A stretch of 64,000 nucleotides of DNA, taken from Ereboglobus luteus (GTDB taxonomy: Bacteria; Verrucomicrobiota; Verrucomicrobiia; Opitutales; Opitutaceae). The stretch is from assembly GCF_003096195.1 (NCBI RefSeq), contig NZ_CP023004.1, positions 37,299-101,298 of the forward strand, read 5' to 3'. This document shows, in pieces, positions 18,108 to 28,178 of the stretch. Numbering within the stretch: the stretch's first letter is position 1; the number at the start of each line of letters is the position of its first letter. Made by a program: the position numbers and the translations under genes. Below the pieces are notes generated by a model. That model did not search any database. It was given only the letters and a program-made list of their open reading frames with translations, and was not told where the DNA came from.

Positions 18108-18293
18108 AAATTAAGGGCTGAGATTTAAGATTTAAGAAGCGCGGCCTCCCGCAAACGAAAATCTCCCGGCAGCCGCTTGACGACTCCGTTATCCTTAACA
18201 CCAGAAACACATATTGATTTTAAAACTTCACTCTTCGCATCCACCGTCGCAGTCTTCACTCCTCAATCCATAAACCTTAATTCTTAATTTCAC
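18107..18293. repeat. Palindromic element with ATTTAAG/CTTAATT heptad arms plus an internal CTTCACTCTTC block; ends 3 nt before the trxA ATG.
   Basis: AAAATTAAGGGCTGAGATTTAAGATTTAAGAAG ... CCTTAATTCTTAATTTCAC. Confidence 0.5.
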
Positions 18294-18296
18294 ATC

Positions 18297-18617
18297 ATGT
18301 CCGCCAACATTGCCGATCTCACCGCCGACACTTTCAAAACCGCCATCGCCAACGGCCTCGTTCTCATCGATCTCTGGGCTCCTTGGTGCGGTCCCTGCAA
18401 GGCCATGGCGCCCATCCTTGACGAACTCGCCACCGACCTTGAGGGCAAGGTGACAATCGCCAAGCTCAACATCGACGACCACGGCGCCGTCGCCGCCGAA
18501 TACAACGTCCGCGCGATTCCCACTTTCCTTCTCTTCAAGGACGGCAAACTCATCGACACCGTCGTCGGCATGCAATCCAAGGGCAGCTTCATCGCAAAGC
18601 TGCAGCCGCACTTCTGA
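18297..18617 (+). CDS. trxA: Thioredoxin.
   Basis: WAPWCGPCK active site, 106 aa. Confidence 0.9.
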   Translation: MSANIADLTADTFKTAIANGLVLIDLWAPWCGPCKAMAPILDELATDLEGKVTIAKLNIDDHGAVAAEYNVRAIPTFLLFKDGKLIDTVVGMQSKGSFIAKLQPHF

Positions 18618-18629
18618 GAAACGCCTTTT

Positions 18630-18696
18630 GGTAGGGCGAACCGTCACGGTGAGCCGCAGCAACACACCCGGCTCACCGTGACGGTTCGCCCCTATC
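18630..18696. repeat. REP-like hairpin, GGTAGGGCGAACCGTCACGGTGAGCCG-loop-CGGCTCACCGTGACGGTTCGCCCC (perfect 23-bp stem), between the convergent trxA and coaD.
   Basis: Differs from copy 12266 by a compensated T/A to A/T pair in the stem. Confidence 0.6.
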
Positions 18697-18775
18697 TCAA
18701 TGCGATAGAATAAACCAAAAAAGCTCTGGCAACCCCGCCCGCGACGATCCCTCGATCGCTGGTGTTTTGGCGGGA

Positions 18776-19255
18776 TTAACCTTGGTAGGCTTTTTTCAAC
18801 GCCGCGCCGACATTGTCGGGCACGAAATGGCTCACGTCGCCGTTGTAGCGCGCCACTTGCTTGATCAGGTTTGAACTCGTGAAACTGTAGGCGCCGCGCG
18901 GCATCACGAACAGCGTCTCGATGGCCGGCTGCAGGTGCCGGTTCATGAGCGCCATGTTGAACTCGAACTCGAAATCCGAAAGCGCGCGCAACCCGCGGAT
19001 AATCGCCGTCGCCTTTTGAGACAGGGCAAAATCGACCAGCAGGCCGTCGAAGATTTGCACGTCCACGTTTTTCAAGTTGGCGATGTTGGGGCGGATCATC
19101 TCGACGCGCTCCTCGACCGTGAAGAGCGGCCCCTTGCCCTCGTTGCTTGCCACCGCCATCGTCACGCGGTCAAAAAGCCGCGACGCGCGCGCGAGCACGT
19201 CGAGGTGCCCGTAGGTGACTGGATCAAAGGTGCCCGGATAGATGCAGTGTTGCAT
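18776..19255 (-). CDS. coaD: Phosphopantetheine adenylyltransferase.
   Basis: IYPGTFDPVTYGHLD nucleotidyltransferase motif, 159 aa. Confidence 0.9.
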   Translation of the reverse strand: MQHCIYPGTFDPVTYGHLDVLARASRLFDRVTMAVASNEGKGPLFTVEERVEMIRPNIANLKNVDVQIFDGLLVDFALSQKATAIIRGLRALSDFEFEFNMALMNRHLQPAIETLFVMPRGAYSFTSSNLIKQVARYNGDVSHFVPDNVGAALKKAYQG

Positions 19256-19441
19256 GAATAAAAGGATGAAGTGTGGTGGCTTTTCTGAAAAAGGTTTCTT
19301 GCTCGCCGCGTCAATCCTGGCCGTTATCGGAAATCACGAAACTCGCAACTTGTGGGTTGTTTCCAATACAAATTACCTCAACATGACGAGGCTCTTTTAT
19401 CGAGAAACGCTGTCAGTGCTTTGCGCCACTGTTGATCCCGA

Positions 19442-20077
19442 ATGAAATTAAATCTCCCAAATATCATCACTCTTTCCCGGATTCCGCTGATGTTCGTCAT
19501 CATTTGGTTGATGTTCTGCTCGTGGCGCGGCTCGGCGACGATTGCCTTCGTGCTTTTTATCATTTCCGCGATCAGCGACTGGTTCGACGGATACCTGGCC
19601 CGCAAACAAAACATCGTCACCAATTTCGGCAAATTCATGGATGCCCTCACTGACAAAATCCTCGTCATCGGCATCATGGTGGCGCTCGTCGCCTATTACG
19701 GAATCAAGCAGGGCAGCGACCGCAGCCACCTCGTCATCTTTTTTCTCGTGCTGGTGATGCTCACGCTTTGCAGGGAATTTTTGGTGAGCGGCATGCGCAT
19801 GGTCGCCGCGAGCAAGGGAGTGGTCGTGGCCGCCGAGCGCACCGGAAAAATCAAGACCATCGTCCAGCTCATCGCGGTCGCGTTCATGCTTCTCGAGCCC
19901 GCGATTGCGATCGATTGGGCACACAGGATGCCGGTGGATATTTCGATCTACTCCGACATCATTAATTACACCGGCCTCGGGCTCTTTGTCCTGGCAACAT
20001 TGCTCACGGTCAGTTCCGGCGTGAGCTACATCCTCAAATACCGGAAAGTTTTTGAGGAGGGCGCGCTCAAGGGATGA
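19442..20077 (+). CDS. pgsA: CDP-diacylglycerol--glycerol-3-phosphate 3-phosphatidyltransferase.
   Basis: CDP-alcohol phosphatidyltransferase motif DWFDGYLARK..G..DALTDK; multiple TM segments. Confidence 0.85.
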   Translation: MKLNLPNIITLSRIPLMFVIIWLMFCSWRGSATIAFVLFIISAISDWFDGYLARKQNIVTNFGKFMDALTDKILVIGIMVALVAYYGIKQGSDRSHLVIFFLVLVMLTLCREFLVSGMRMVAASKGVVVAAERTGKIKTIVQLIAVAFMLLEPAIAIDWAHRMPVDISIYSDIINYTGLGLFVLATLLTVSSGVSYILKYRKVFEEGALKG

Positions 20078-20607
20078 ATTTTCGCCAACCCACCTGGCCC
20101 CGTTTTGTGCCCTCGGGCATCGTGCTCGCCATCGCGCGCGTGGGCCCGTTCGGGCGCATGCGCCGCGCGCCCGGCACATGGGGTTCGCTCGCCGGGCTCC
20201 TTTTTCAACTGCTGGTGTTTCATTATCTCGCGCTGCCAGTCGTGATTTTAATCTGCCTGCTCCTGATCTGGCTCTCGGTCGCGTTTTGCGGCGAGGCCGA
20301 ATTCCGACTCGGCGAACGCGACCCCGGCCAGATCGTGCTCGATGAGTTTGTCGCGATTCCGCTCTGCTTTCTCGGCTGGCCGCATGTCGCCGGGTCGCTG
20401 CCAAACTGGGCCGCGCCCTGGGGCGTGTATGTGGCGGCGTTCGCGATTTTCCGGCTCTACGACATCACAAAACCCCTCGGCATCTCGCGCCTGCAAAACC
20501 TGCCCGGCGGCTGGGGAGTCACGCTCGACGACACCGCCGCCGCCCTCGCCACCTGCGCCACCCTGCACCTCGCGGCCTGGGCGCTGCGCACTTGGGTTGT
20601 TTTCTAA
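20074..20607 (+). CDS. pgpA: Phosphatidylglycerophosphatase A.
   Basis: GTWGSLAGL motif; 4-nt overlap with pgsA stop (ATGA). Confidence 0.8.
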   Translation: MNFRQPTWPRFVPSGIVLAIARVGPFGRMRRAPGTWGSLAGLLFQLLVFHYLALPVVILICLLLIWLSVAFCGEAEFRLGERDPGQIVLDEFVAIPLCFLGWPHVAGSLPNWAAPWGVYVAAFAIFRLYDITKPLGISRLQNLPGGWGVTLDDTAAALATCATLHLAAWALRTWVVF

Positions 20608-20610
20608 AAA

Positions 20611-21147
20611 TCAGGCGGACCGGTCCGAGTCGCCGCCTTTTCTTTTTTCCTGAAAAAACCGCTGCAACAACTCGCGGCACTCATCCTCGAGCACGCCGCC
20701 CGCGGTGATTTCGAGATGGTGGTTCACGCGTTGCAAATCGTTCAGGTTCGTGGCGCCGCCCAGGCATCCCATCTTCGGGTCGGGCACCGCGTAGCAAACC
20801 CGTTTTACGCGCGACATCAATGTCGCCCCCGAGCACATCGGGCACGGTTCCTTCGTCACATAAAGCGTCGCGTTTTCCAGGCGCCAGTCGCCCGCGCGCG
20901 ACGCGGCTTGCGTGATCGCAAGCATCTCCGCGTGCGCCGTCGGATCGTTCGTGCACTCCACGCGATTGTGCGCGCTCGCGATCACCTCGCCGCCCAGCTC
21001 GATCACGCACCCGATCGGCACCTCGTCCTCGCGCCACGCATCGATGCCCTGGTTGAACGCCAGGCTCATGTAAAACGTGTCATCGCGGACCAGTTGCGAG
21101 GGAAACCGTTTGTCGAACGGACAGGGGGGCGCGGCATTTTTTTGCAT
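20611..21147 (-). CDS. tadA: tRNA-specific adenosine deaminase TadA (start chosen at MQKN; ORF extends to 21219).
   Basis: HAEMLAI..TKEPCPMCSGA zinc-binding deaminase motifs. Confidence 0.85.
   Translation of the reverse strand: MQKNAAPPCPFDKRFPSQLVRDDTFYMSLAFNQGIDAWREDEVPIGCVIELGGEVIASAHNRVECTNDPTAHAEMLAITQAASRAGDWRLENATLYVTKEPCPMCSGATLMSRVKRVCYAVPDPKMGCLGGATNLNDLQRVNHHLEITAGGVLEDECRELLQRFFQEKRKGGDSDRSA
20612..20652. terminator. GC-rich hairpin with T-rich tail between the convergent pgpA and tadA.
   Basis: GGCGGACCGGTCCGAGTCGCCGCC followed by TTTTCTTTTTTCC. Confidence 0.5.
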
Positions 21148-21234
21148 GTTGTGCGATGAAACGGAATCCATTGATAAAGCGGAAAACCTTGACTTACGCG
21201 GAGCGCGCCCCTCTTTCAAGAGGCTTTTCGTTCA

Positions 21235-21255
21235 ACAGCGCGCGCGCTGTTTTTT
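21235..21255 (+). terminator. Terminator-like hairpin ACAGCGCGCGCGCTGT + T6 in the infA 5' leader (~70 nt before the ATG); possible attenuator.
   Basis: Stem CAGCG/CGCTG with CGCG loop, then TTTTTT. Confidence 0.35.
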
Positions 21256-21323
21256 CGCAAACACCAACAACCAACACAAACCGCAACCACACACCTGCAA
21301 AGGGGCGTCACGCCCCGTAACCT

Positions 21324-21587
21324 ATGGCTGACAGCAACGTAATCGAAGTAGAGGGCAAAATCGTCGCCGTGCTCCCCGGCACCATGTTCAAAGTGCAACT
21401 GGCAAACGGGCACATCGTGCTCGCGCACATCTCCGGCAAGCTCCGCAAGAACTTCATCAAGATCGCGGCAGGCGACTCGGTGAAAATGGAGATGAGCCCC
21501 TACGATCTCGAAAAAGCGCGCATCACTTACCGCATGAAGGACGAGTCGGCTTCCGGCTGGCGTCCGCCGCCGCGCCGCCGCTACTAA
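21324..21587 (+). CDS. infA: Translation initiation factor IF-1 with a short basic C-terminal extension.
   Basis: [48 protein letters not shown]1-like fold. Confidence 0.9.
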   Translation: MADSNVIEVEGKIVAVLPGTMFKVQLANGHIVLAHISGKLRKNFIKIAAGDSVKMEMSPYDLEKARITYRMKDESASGWRPPPRRRY

Positions 21588-21593
21588 CAAAAA

Positions 21594-22154
21594 GTGGCGC
21601 GGGCCGCCAAAATCGCGCCTCCAGTTTTTCCCGCGATGGACATTAATATCCGCCGCGCCACCGAAGCGGACGCGTCGCTCGTCGCAGCGACAGGATTAAC
21701 CGTGTGGATCGACACCTACGCCCGCGACGCGGTCACCCGCGACATGGCCGGGCATGTGCTGGCCGAGTTCACCGAACCGCGAATCCGCCGGCATATCGCC
21801 GCCCCGTTCACCACAATTTGGATCGCCGAAACCGCCGGGGGCGTCATTGGGTTTGCGGACGTTACCCTCCCCGCCGCCACGCCCTCGCTGCCCGACGCCG
21901 CGCAAGCCGAAATCACACGCATCTACGTGCTCGAGCGCTTCACGCGCCAGGGTGTCGGCTCCAGGCTCCTCCGGCACGCCACCGCGCGCGCCTTCGCCGA
22001 CGGGGCGACCGTCGTCTGGCTTTCCGCCTGGGCGGGCAACCAGCGCGCAATCGACTTCTACAAAAAACACAACTGGCTCCATGTCGGCAAAACCAGTTTC
22101 ATGCTCGGCGCCGACGCCCACCCCAACCACATTTTCGCGATTCGCAAATCGTAG
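21594..22154 (+). CDS. GNAT family N-acetyltransferase (alternative start at 21636, MDINIRR).
   Basis: Acetyl-CoA binding motif RQGVGSRLLRHA; typical size. Confidence 0.65.
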   Translation: MARAAKIAPPVFPAMDINIRRATEADASLVAATGLTVWIDTYARDAVTRDMAGHVLAEFTEPRIRRHIAAPFTTIWIAETAGGVIGFADVTLPAATPSLPDAAQAEITRIYVLERFTRQGVGSRLLRHATARAFADGATVVWLSAWAGNQRAIDFYKKHNWLHVGKTSFMLGADAHPNHIFAIRKS

Positions 22155-22476
22155 GGACGCCGCGAATGCGCAATCCGGGCCGGCTTGCCGGACTCGCCCC
22201 GACTCAGCACCCCGCCCCACCCCAGCTAATACACCGCATAATTTCAGTTATTATTTGCGGGAAAACTTGAACTGCGCGCAAACAACTCTTCATTTTTACG
22301 CACTCACGAGTTTATCGTGAAAACGGTCACGCAACCGTGAAAAACTGACTGATTTGCCGCGCAACGCGTCGTTTTTTCGCCGTCTCCTGACTGTCACTTG
22401 AATCAGTTCATTACAATTTTCATAATCATCCGCAGCATCGCACGCACGCACACGCCAAGCGCTTTTTAATCACATC

Positions 22477-23970
22477 ATGTCATCAAAAATCCCAACACTC
22501 ACCGCCGCTGAAGCGGCGGCCCTGATCAATCACGGCAGCACCATTGGTGTTAGCGGTTTCACTCCCGCGGGCGCCGCCAAAGTCGTGCCCACCGCTCTCG
22601 CGGCGCGCGCGCGCGCCGAGCACGAGGCCGGACGCCCCTTCAAGGTCGCCGTCGTTTCCGGCGCCTCCACCGGCGACTCGCTCGACGGCGAACTCGCCCG
22701 CGCCGACGCCCTCTCCTGGCGCACGCCCTACCAGACCAACAAGTCGCTCCGCGCGGCCATCAATGCCGGCCAGGTTCAGTTCTTCGACATGCACCTCTCG
22801 CACGTCGCCCAGCAAATCCGCCGCGGCTTTCTCGGCAAAATCAATTGGGCCATTGTCGAGGCCTGCGACATCACCGACGACGGCGAAATCACGCTGACCA
22901 CCTCCGTCGGAAACTCCCCCACCATTCTCAATCAGGCCGAGCGCGTCATCATCGAGCTCAACCGCTACCACTCGCCCAAGCTCCGCGGTTTCCACGACAT
23001 CTACGAGCCGCTCGACCCGCCCTTCCGCAAAGTCATTCCCATCGAAAAACCCACCGACCGCATCGGCGTTGAAACCGTCAAGATCGACCCGAAAAAAATC
23101 GTCGGCATCGTTGAAAGCAACGCGCCCGACGAAGTCGGCGGCTTCGATCCCGCGGACGAACTCACCACCAAAATCGGCGCCAACGTCGCCGACTTCATCG
23201 CCAACGAAATCGCCGTCGGCCGCATCCCGCGCGAATTCCTTCCGCTTCAATCCGGCGTGGGCAACATCGCCAACGCCGTCCTCGGCGCGCTGGGCGCCAA
23301 TCCCGACATCCCGAACTTCCAGATGTATTCGGAAGTCATTCAGGATTCCGTCATCGGCCTCATCCGCTCGGGCAAGTGCACCTTCGCCACCGGCACCTCG
23401 CTCACCATCGCGCCCGACCTTCTCAAGAACACCATCTACGCCGACATGGAGTTCTTCCGCCCGCGCCTCCTCCTCCGTCCGCAGGAAATCACCAACAACC
23501 CCGAGATGGTCCGCCGCCTCGGCATCATCACGATGAACACCGCCATTGAGGCCGACATCTTCGGCAACATCAACTCGACGCACATCATGGGCAACAACCT
23601 CATGAACGGCATCGGCGGCTCGGGCGACTTCACGCGCAACGCCTACATCTCGATCTTCACCTGCCCGTCCGCGGCCAAGGGTGGCAAGATCAGCGCAATC
23701 GTGCCCTTCGCCAGCCACCTCGACCACACCGAGCACGACGTGCAAGTCATCATCACCGAGCAAGGTATCGCCGACCTGCGCGGCAAATCGCCCGCCGAGC
23801 GCTCGCTCGAGATCATCAACAAGTGCGCGCACCCCGACTACCGCGACGCGCTCATGCGCTACCGCGAAATGACGAAGAGCGGCCAGACGAAGACCTCGCT
23901 CGCGAACGCCTTCGCGTTCCACCAGCAGTTCCTCGCCACCGGCGACATGCACGGCGTGCAAATGCACTGA
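22477..23970 (+). CDS. Acetyl-CoA hydrolase/transferase family protein (succinyl-CoA:acetate / propionyl-CoA:succinate CoA-transferase type).
   Basis: Full-length match to Cat1/ScpC-type architecture: N-terminal GVSGFTPAGA..SGASTGDSLDG, C-terminal GIGGSGDF glutamate-thioester region. Confidence 0.8.
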   Translation: MSSKIPTLTAAEAAALINHGSTIGVSGFTPAGAAKVVPTALAARARAEHEAGRPFKVAVVSGASTGDSLDGELARADALSWRTPYQTNKSLRAAINAGQVQFFDMHLSHVAQQIRRGFLGKINWAIVEACDITDDGEITLTTSVGNSPTILNQAERVIIELNRYHSPKLRGFHDIYEPLDPPFRKVIPIEKPTDRIGVETVKIDPKKIVGIVESNAPDEVGGFDPADELTTKIGANVADFIANEIAVGRIPREFLPLQSGVGNIANAVLGALGANPDIPNFQMYSEVIQDSVIGLIRSGKCTFATGTSLTIAPDLLKNTIYADMEFFRPRLLLRPQEITNNPEMVRRLGIITMNTAIEADIFGNINSTHIMGNNLMNGIGGSGDFTRNAYISIFTCPSAAKGGKISAIVPFASHLDHTEHDVQVIITEQGIADLRGKSPAERSLEIINKCAHPDYRDALMRYREMTKSGQTKTSLANAFAFHQQFLATGDMHGVQMH

Positions 23971-23996
23971 TAACAGCGCGCAACAATATCAACCAA

Positions 23997-24026
23997 AAGC
24001 CAGCCTGATTAAGGCTGGCTTTTTTG
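23997..24026 (+). terminator. Rho-independent terminator after the CoA-transferase gene.
   Basis: GCCAGCCT-GATTA-AGGCTGGC followed by TTTTTT. Confidence 0.75.
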
Positions 24027-24193
24027 ATGCCAATTCGAGTCCATCGCCTTGATAACAAGCGTGCGCCCCGAGTGCGCCGAGACTCGCGGATGCCGAGATG
24101 AGCCCTCCGCCCATGCGCGCCAGCCCCCGTCAGACACAGACAGTCCCCGGTGGTGAGCGGAGCATAACCGCGCTTCCGCCCGCTTGCGCTGCC

Positions 24194-26074
24194 TCACTTT
24201 ACCACTAGATCGAGAGGCAGGCGCGCGTAGATGCCCTTGGGGTCGTTGAACTCATTGAGGATATGCGCCTCGTCCTGAATGCGCGACACCAGCTCGTTGA
24301 CCGCGCCCTTGTTTCCCACGCGCAGCCGCGCATCGGATTGATCCGGCGAGGAGCGTCCGCCAAGCATTTCGTTCAACACCTCGGACAGTTCCTTTTTGCG
24401 AGGAAACTCCTGCACGCGGTAGCTTGGGGCGAGACCCGCCTTTTCCACCGCATAAAGAATCGCGTCGTCCAGGCCGCCGATTTCATCGACCAGCCCGAGT
24501 TTCAACGCCTCCGTGCCCGACCACACGCGGCCTTGCGCAATTTCGTGCACGCGATCCTTCGGAATGTTGCGCGATTCGGCGACCTTGCCGACAAACTCCT
24601 CGTAAATCCAATCAACCATGCGCTGGTAAAGCGCCATTTCATCGGGCGTCTTCGGGCGCGCGATTGTCCTCGTGTCGGCATATTTGCCCGTCTTCACGCT
24701 GTCGAATGTCACGCCCACATTGTTCGCCAGTTTTTGCATGTCTAGCTGCATGCCGAACACGCCGATGGAGCCTGTGATCGTGCCCGGCTCCGCAAAAATC
24801 CGGTCGCCATAAGTCGCGATCCAGTAACCTCCCGACGCCGCATACGCGCCCATCGAAACGATCACCGGTTTCTCTTTCCGCGCCAGGCGGATTTCCCGCT
24901 GGATGTGCTCCGACGCCGTCGCGGAGCCGCCCGGGCTGTTCACACGCAACACGATCGCCTTCACCTTGTCGTCCTGGCGCAGGCGGCGGATTTGCCGCGC
25001 AAAACGCTCGCCGCCGACATCATTCACGCTGCCCCTGCCGTCAACAATCGCACCCTCGGCATACACAATCGCGACCGCGCCCTTCCCGCCTCCGCGCTTG
25101 CCCGCGGTTTCTGTTTTCGGGGGAATCGCCGGCCCCGTCGTCCGGGGGAGGGTGAATATGTAATCTTGCAGGCCGATCTGCTTGAACGGCTCCGCCGAGC
25201 CCGCGCGGCCCGTGCGTGTTTTCAAGTCGTCGATCACCTCGTCGCGATATGCGAGGCGCGTCACGAGTTTGCGTTGCAACGCGACCTCGGGCTGGATGAA
25301 ACCCTCGCGATCCACGAGCACCTGCAAATCCTGCGCGCGCAAACCGCGCCCGGCGGCGATGTCGTTGCGCAAATCGCCCCACAAATCGTCGAGCAGCTTT
25401 TGCATTTGCTCGCGGCTCTCGGGGCTCATGTCGGTGCGCGTGAAAGGTTCGATGGCGGACTTGTATTTTCCGACGCGTGTCACCTGCACGCCCACGCCGA
25501 ATTTCTCAAACGCGCCCGCATAATACATCGGCTGGCTCGCCAGCCCCGGCATCAAAACCACCCCGTAGGGATCGAGCACAAGCTCGTCGGCCAGCGACGC
25601 CACATACATCTCGCGCACCGTCGCCTGCTCTAGATACGCGATCACCGGTTTTTTGGCGGCGCGCACTTGTTCGAGCGCCTCGCGCACCTCGCGCAACGCC
25701 GCGTAACCCGTGCCGTAACCGTTCGGCTCGAAGCCGCCGCACAAAAACACGCCCGCGATCCGGCTGTCCTCGGCGGCGGCCTTGAGCGCCTTCGTGACTT
25801 GGCGCAGTTGCAACCGGTCGGGTTCGTTTCGACCTCCCGCCAACGCCCCCATCAACGCGCTCGAATCCATCTGCGCCGGCGCGTCGGTGATGTTCACCGA
25901 CATGTCGAAAACCAGATACGCGCCCTTCTCCACCGTCACCTGCTTGCTGTCGCCGCCTCCGCCGATCATGGAGCCTATCACTGCGAAAAACATGATTCCG
26001 CATATCACCGCCCCAATCGAAAAAATGGCCAGCGCGGTCAATGTGCCCAACAGCGATGTGTAGAAATTTTTCAT
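24194..26074 (-). CDS. sppA: Signal peptide peptidase SppA, 67K type (two S49 domains).
   Basis: N-terminal TM anchor; two ClpP/crotonase-like S49 repeats with catalytic Ser/Lys regions (SMGAYAASGGYW). Confidence 0.85.
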   Translation of the reverse strand: MKNFYTSLLGTLTALAIFSIGAVICGIMFFAVIGSMIGGGGDSKQVTVEKGAYLVFDMSVNITDAPAQMDSSALMGALAGGRNEPDRLQLRQVTKALKAAAEDSRIAGVFLCGGFEPNGYGTGYAALREVREALEQVRAAKKPVIAYLEQATVREMYVASLADELVLDPYGVVLMPGLASQPMYYAGAFEKFGVGVQVTRVGKYKSAIEPFTRTDMSPESREQMQKLLDDLWGDLRNDIAAGRGLRAQDLQVLVDREGFIQPEVALQRKLVTRLAYRDEVIDDLKTRTGRAGSAEPFKQIGLQDYIFTLPRTTGPAIPPKTETAGKRGGGKGAVAIVYAEGAIVDGRGSVNDVGGERFARQIRRLRQDDKVKAIVLRVNSPGGSATASEHIQREIRLARKEKPVIVSMGAYAASGGYWIATYGDRIFAEPGTITGSIGVFGMQLDMQKLANNVGVTFDSVKTGKYADTRTIARPKTPDEMALYQRMVDWIYEEFVGKVAESRNIPKDRVHEIAQGRVWSGTEALKLGLVDEIGGLDDAILYAVEKAGLAPSYRVQEFPRKKELSEVLNEMLGGRSSPDQSDARLRVGNKGAVNELVSRIQDEAHILNEFNDPKGIYARLPLDLVVK

Positions 26075-26419
26075 AATAATAAGCTTTCTAGATTAACTCA
26101 TTTGCCGGACTCGACCAGAGAAAAGGCGACGGCGACGGAGAGCCGCCATTACAACAACCAAAATCCCAGCAATCCCAGGACGATCAACAGCGCGATCACG
26201 GCCAGGGCCTTTTTCTCAAGCGATGTCAGTTTGAAAAGCATCTCTGCCCGCAAATGCAAACAACATGACAGCGATCCCGCCACGATAATTTTGAGGCAAA
26301 GGGAAAAACTTTCCGCCCGAAAAAGCGTCGCGTCATGCCGAAAAATCAAGATGGATCCCCGGCGATTACGGAGCGGCAGTTAAGACAGCTTTAGCATGCG
26401 CGATCGCACTTCCGCCAAA

Positions 26420-26863
26420 TCATGAAGCGGTCGCTTTCTGGCGGCAAAACTCGCTTATCATCACAATCAACCCCGTCAGCTCCTTGAGCAAATCCGGTGA
26501 AACGCCGGCCTCGTCCAGCATGGCGTCGAATTGAGCCAGCTCGTTTGCGTAATCCGCATACGACACCTCCCAAAGCCTCCGACCTTTTGCCGAAAGGCGC
26601 GCCACATGCATGCGCGCATCCTCGGGGGAGCGCTTGGTCACCAGCAACCCGTCGCGCTTCATGCGCTGCAGCAGCCCGGTGACGTTCGACGGATCAACAA
26701 CGAGCTCTTCCGCAAGCACGCCGGCGCTGAGGCCGTCGGGCTGGTCGGAAAGCAAATTGAGCACATTGAACTGCGCCGGAGAAAGCCCGTGCCTGCGAAA
26801 AACGCGCGCCGCCGCCTTCCGAAGATCCCCCGCCGTGCCAAGTATGTGAGTGGTGATGTGCAT
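26420..26863 (-). CDS. MarR family transcriptional regulator.
   Basis: Winged HTH LSPAQFNVLNLLS..DPSNVTGLLQRMKRDGLV. Confidence 0.8.
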   Translation of the reverse strand: MHITTHILGTAGDLRKAAARVFRRHGLSPAQFNVLNLLSDQPDGLSAGVLAEELVVDPSNVTGLLQRMKRDGLLVTKRSPEDARMHVARLSAKGRRLWEVSYADYANELAQFDAMLDEAGVSPDLLKELTGLIVMISEFCRQKATAS

Positions 26864-26909
26864 GAGGGCGCATCAATCGTCATATTATTTTACATGTCAA
26901 GCAATTTAT

Positions 26910-26921
26910 TTGATGAATCAA
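26910..26921. promoter_or_regulatory. Palindrome TTGATGAATCAA in the AT-rich region between the marR gene start and the divergent OMP gene; candidate MarR operator.
   Basis: Dyad symmetry and position only. Confidence 0.2.
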
Positions 26922-27206
26922 CTAATTTTAGAATGGAATTGTTTTTCAGCGGAGATTTCAAAAATTTTGCCCCCTGTCGCGCATGTGACACAGATCGGTA
27001 ATTGACGGATGTCGGCCTTCGACCTCGAAAGCAAGTCCCTGAATGTTACTGAGTCGTGCGCTGCTTAGAAAGCGAAGACATAGACCACATCGAATGGAAA
27101 CCGGATGGCATGCGACGAGACACGTCACACCATGTCTTGACGTCCACAAAAAATTACAGAACATCAGACGTAACCCATTAACGGGTGCTTAACTCCAAAT
27201 AACACA

Positions 27207-27926
27207 ATGAAACCCACCACCACCAGCAAAACGATTTGTGCATTATTCACGAGCCTGCTCGTCGCAAGCACGTCTGTCCTCGCCCAAGTTGCCCCGCCAA
27301 CGCCCGCACAAGCAGCCGGCCCAGCTTATTTCTCTGATGGCGATTCGTTTGCCCTCCCAAAGACATCCGGCCCTAATTTCTATTTGGAAGGGGGGCTCGC
27401 ATATATGAATGCCAAGATTGGTCTTGATCAAGACAACTCTGATTTGTGGGGCGCCCACGTTGCGTTTGGGTGGCGCATCGACAAACATAGTAAAATCCAA
27501 GTTGAAATGCAGGCGTTGTTTTCAAGCGACGATTATTACGCATCTTATGGTGGATATAGTGGAAAAATAACCCAAGAGGTTGTCGCCGTGCCCACGCTCT
27601 TTTCCTATAGCTATTGCCTTCCTCTGGATAAAAACGGGCAGTGGGAACTGCACTTCACCCCCACGGTTGGGTTTTATACAGCCAACATGAAACTAAAAGG
27701 AAGCATATATGGGTATGGCTCGGCCAGTGACGATGATACTGACACAAGCTTTGTGTTTGGCGGTGGTGTTGGCTTTACCTACCATATCAACAAGAATTTA
27801 TATCTTGATTTGAGCTACCGTTATATGCGTGCGGGTTCGACCGACTATCAATTGTTTGGCACAAGCTTCGATCAAGATGCCTTTAATGCAAATGGTGCCA
27901 CGTTCAGCATTGGTTGGAAATTCTGA
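27207..27926 (+). CDS. Outer-membrane beta-barrel protein (OmpA-like beta-barrel / OmpW-like), paralog A; lower GC.
   Basis: Signal peptide, alternating amphipathic strands, C-terminal ..FSIGWKF (aromatic terminal residue). Confidence 0.6.
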   Translation: MKPTTTSKTICALFTSLLVASTSVLAQVAPPTPAQAAGPAYFSDGDSFALPKTSGPNFYLEGGLAYMNAKIGLDQDNSDLWGAHVAFGWRIDKHSKIQVEMQALFSSDDYYASYGGYSGKITQEVVAVPTLFSYSYCLPLDKNGQWELHFTPTVGFYTANMKLKGSIYGYGSASDDDTDTSFVFGGGVGFTYHINKNLYLDLSYRYMRAGSTDYQLFGTSFDQDAFNANGATFSIGWKF

Positions 27927-27950
27927 TTCGGCAACCACCACTTTGTAAAC

Positions 27951-27980
27951 AAAACTCCGGCGCTTTGGGTCGGAGTTTTT
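27951..27980 (+). terminator. Rho-independent terminator after OMP paralog A.
   Basis: AAACTCCGG-loop-CCGGAGTTT followed by TTTTT. Confidence 0.7.
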
Positions 27981-28178
27981 CTGAGTATCATTACTCCGGT
28001 TGCGATCATGACCCTACGCGCCACAATTCCGAGCGCGACTTAAAGAAGAAACACACGCACAAGAGCTGCACGTTAATACAAAAACTATAAACACCTGCGT
28101 CCTTATAATTTGACGCACACAGGCAATAAAAAATCAGCAGACATCACCTTGTTACGAAGCGATTACACCAAAAACACC

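Noticed and set aside
26149-26349. 66-aa ORF with a C-terminal hydrophobic helix between sppA and marR.
   Set aside because: No motif, no conserved context and ambiguous start; it may be a small membrane protein, but evidence is insufficient to call.
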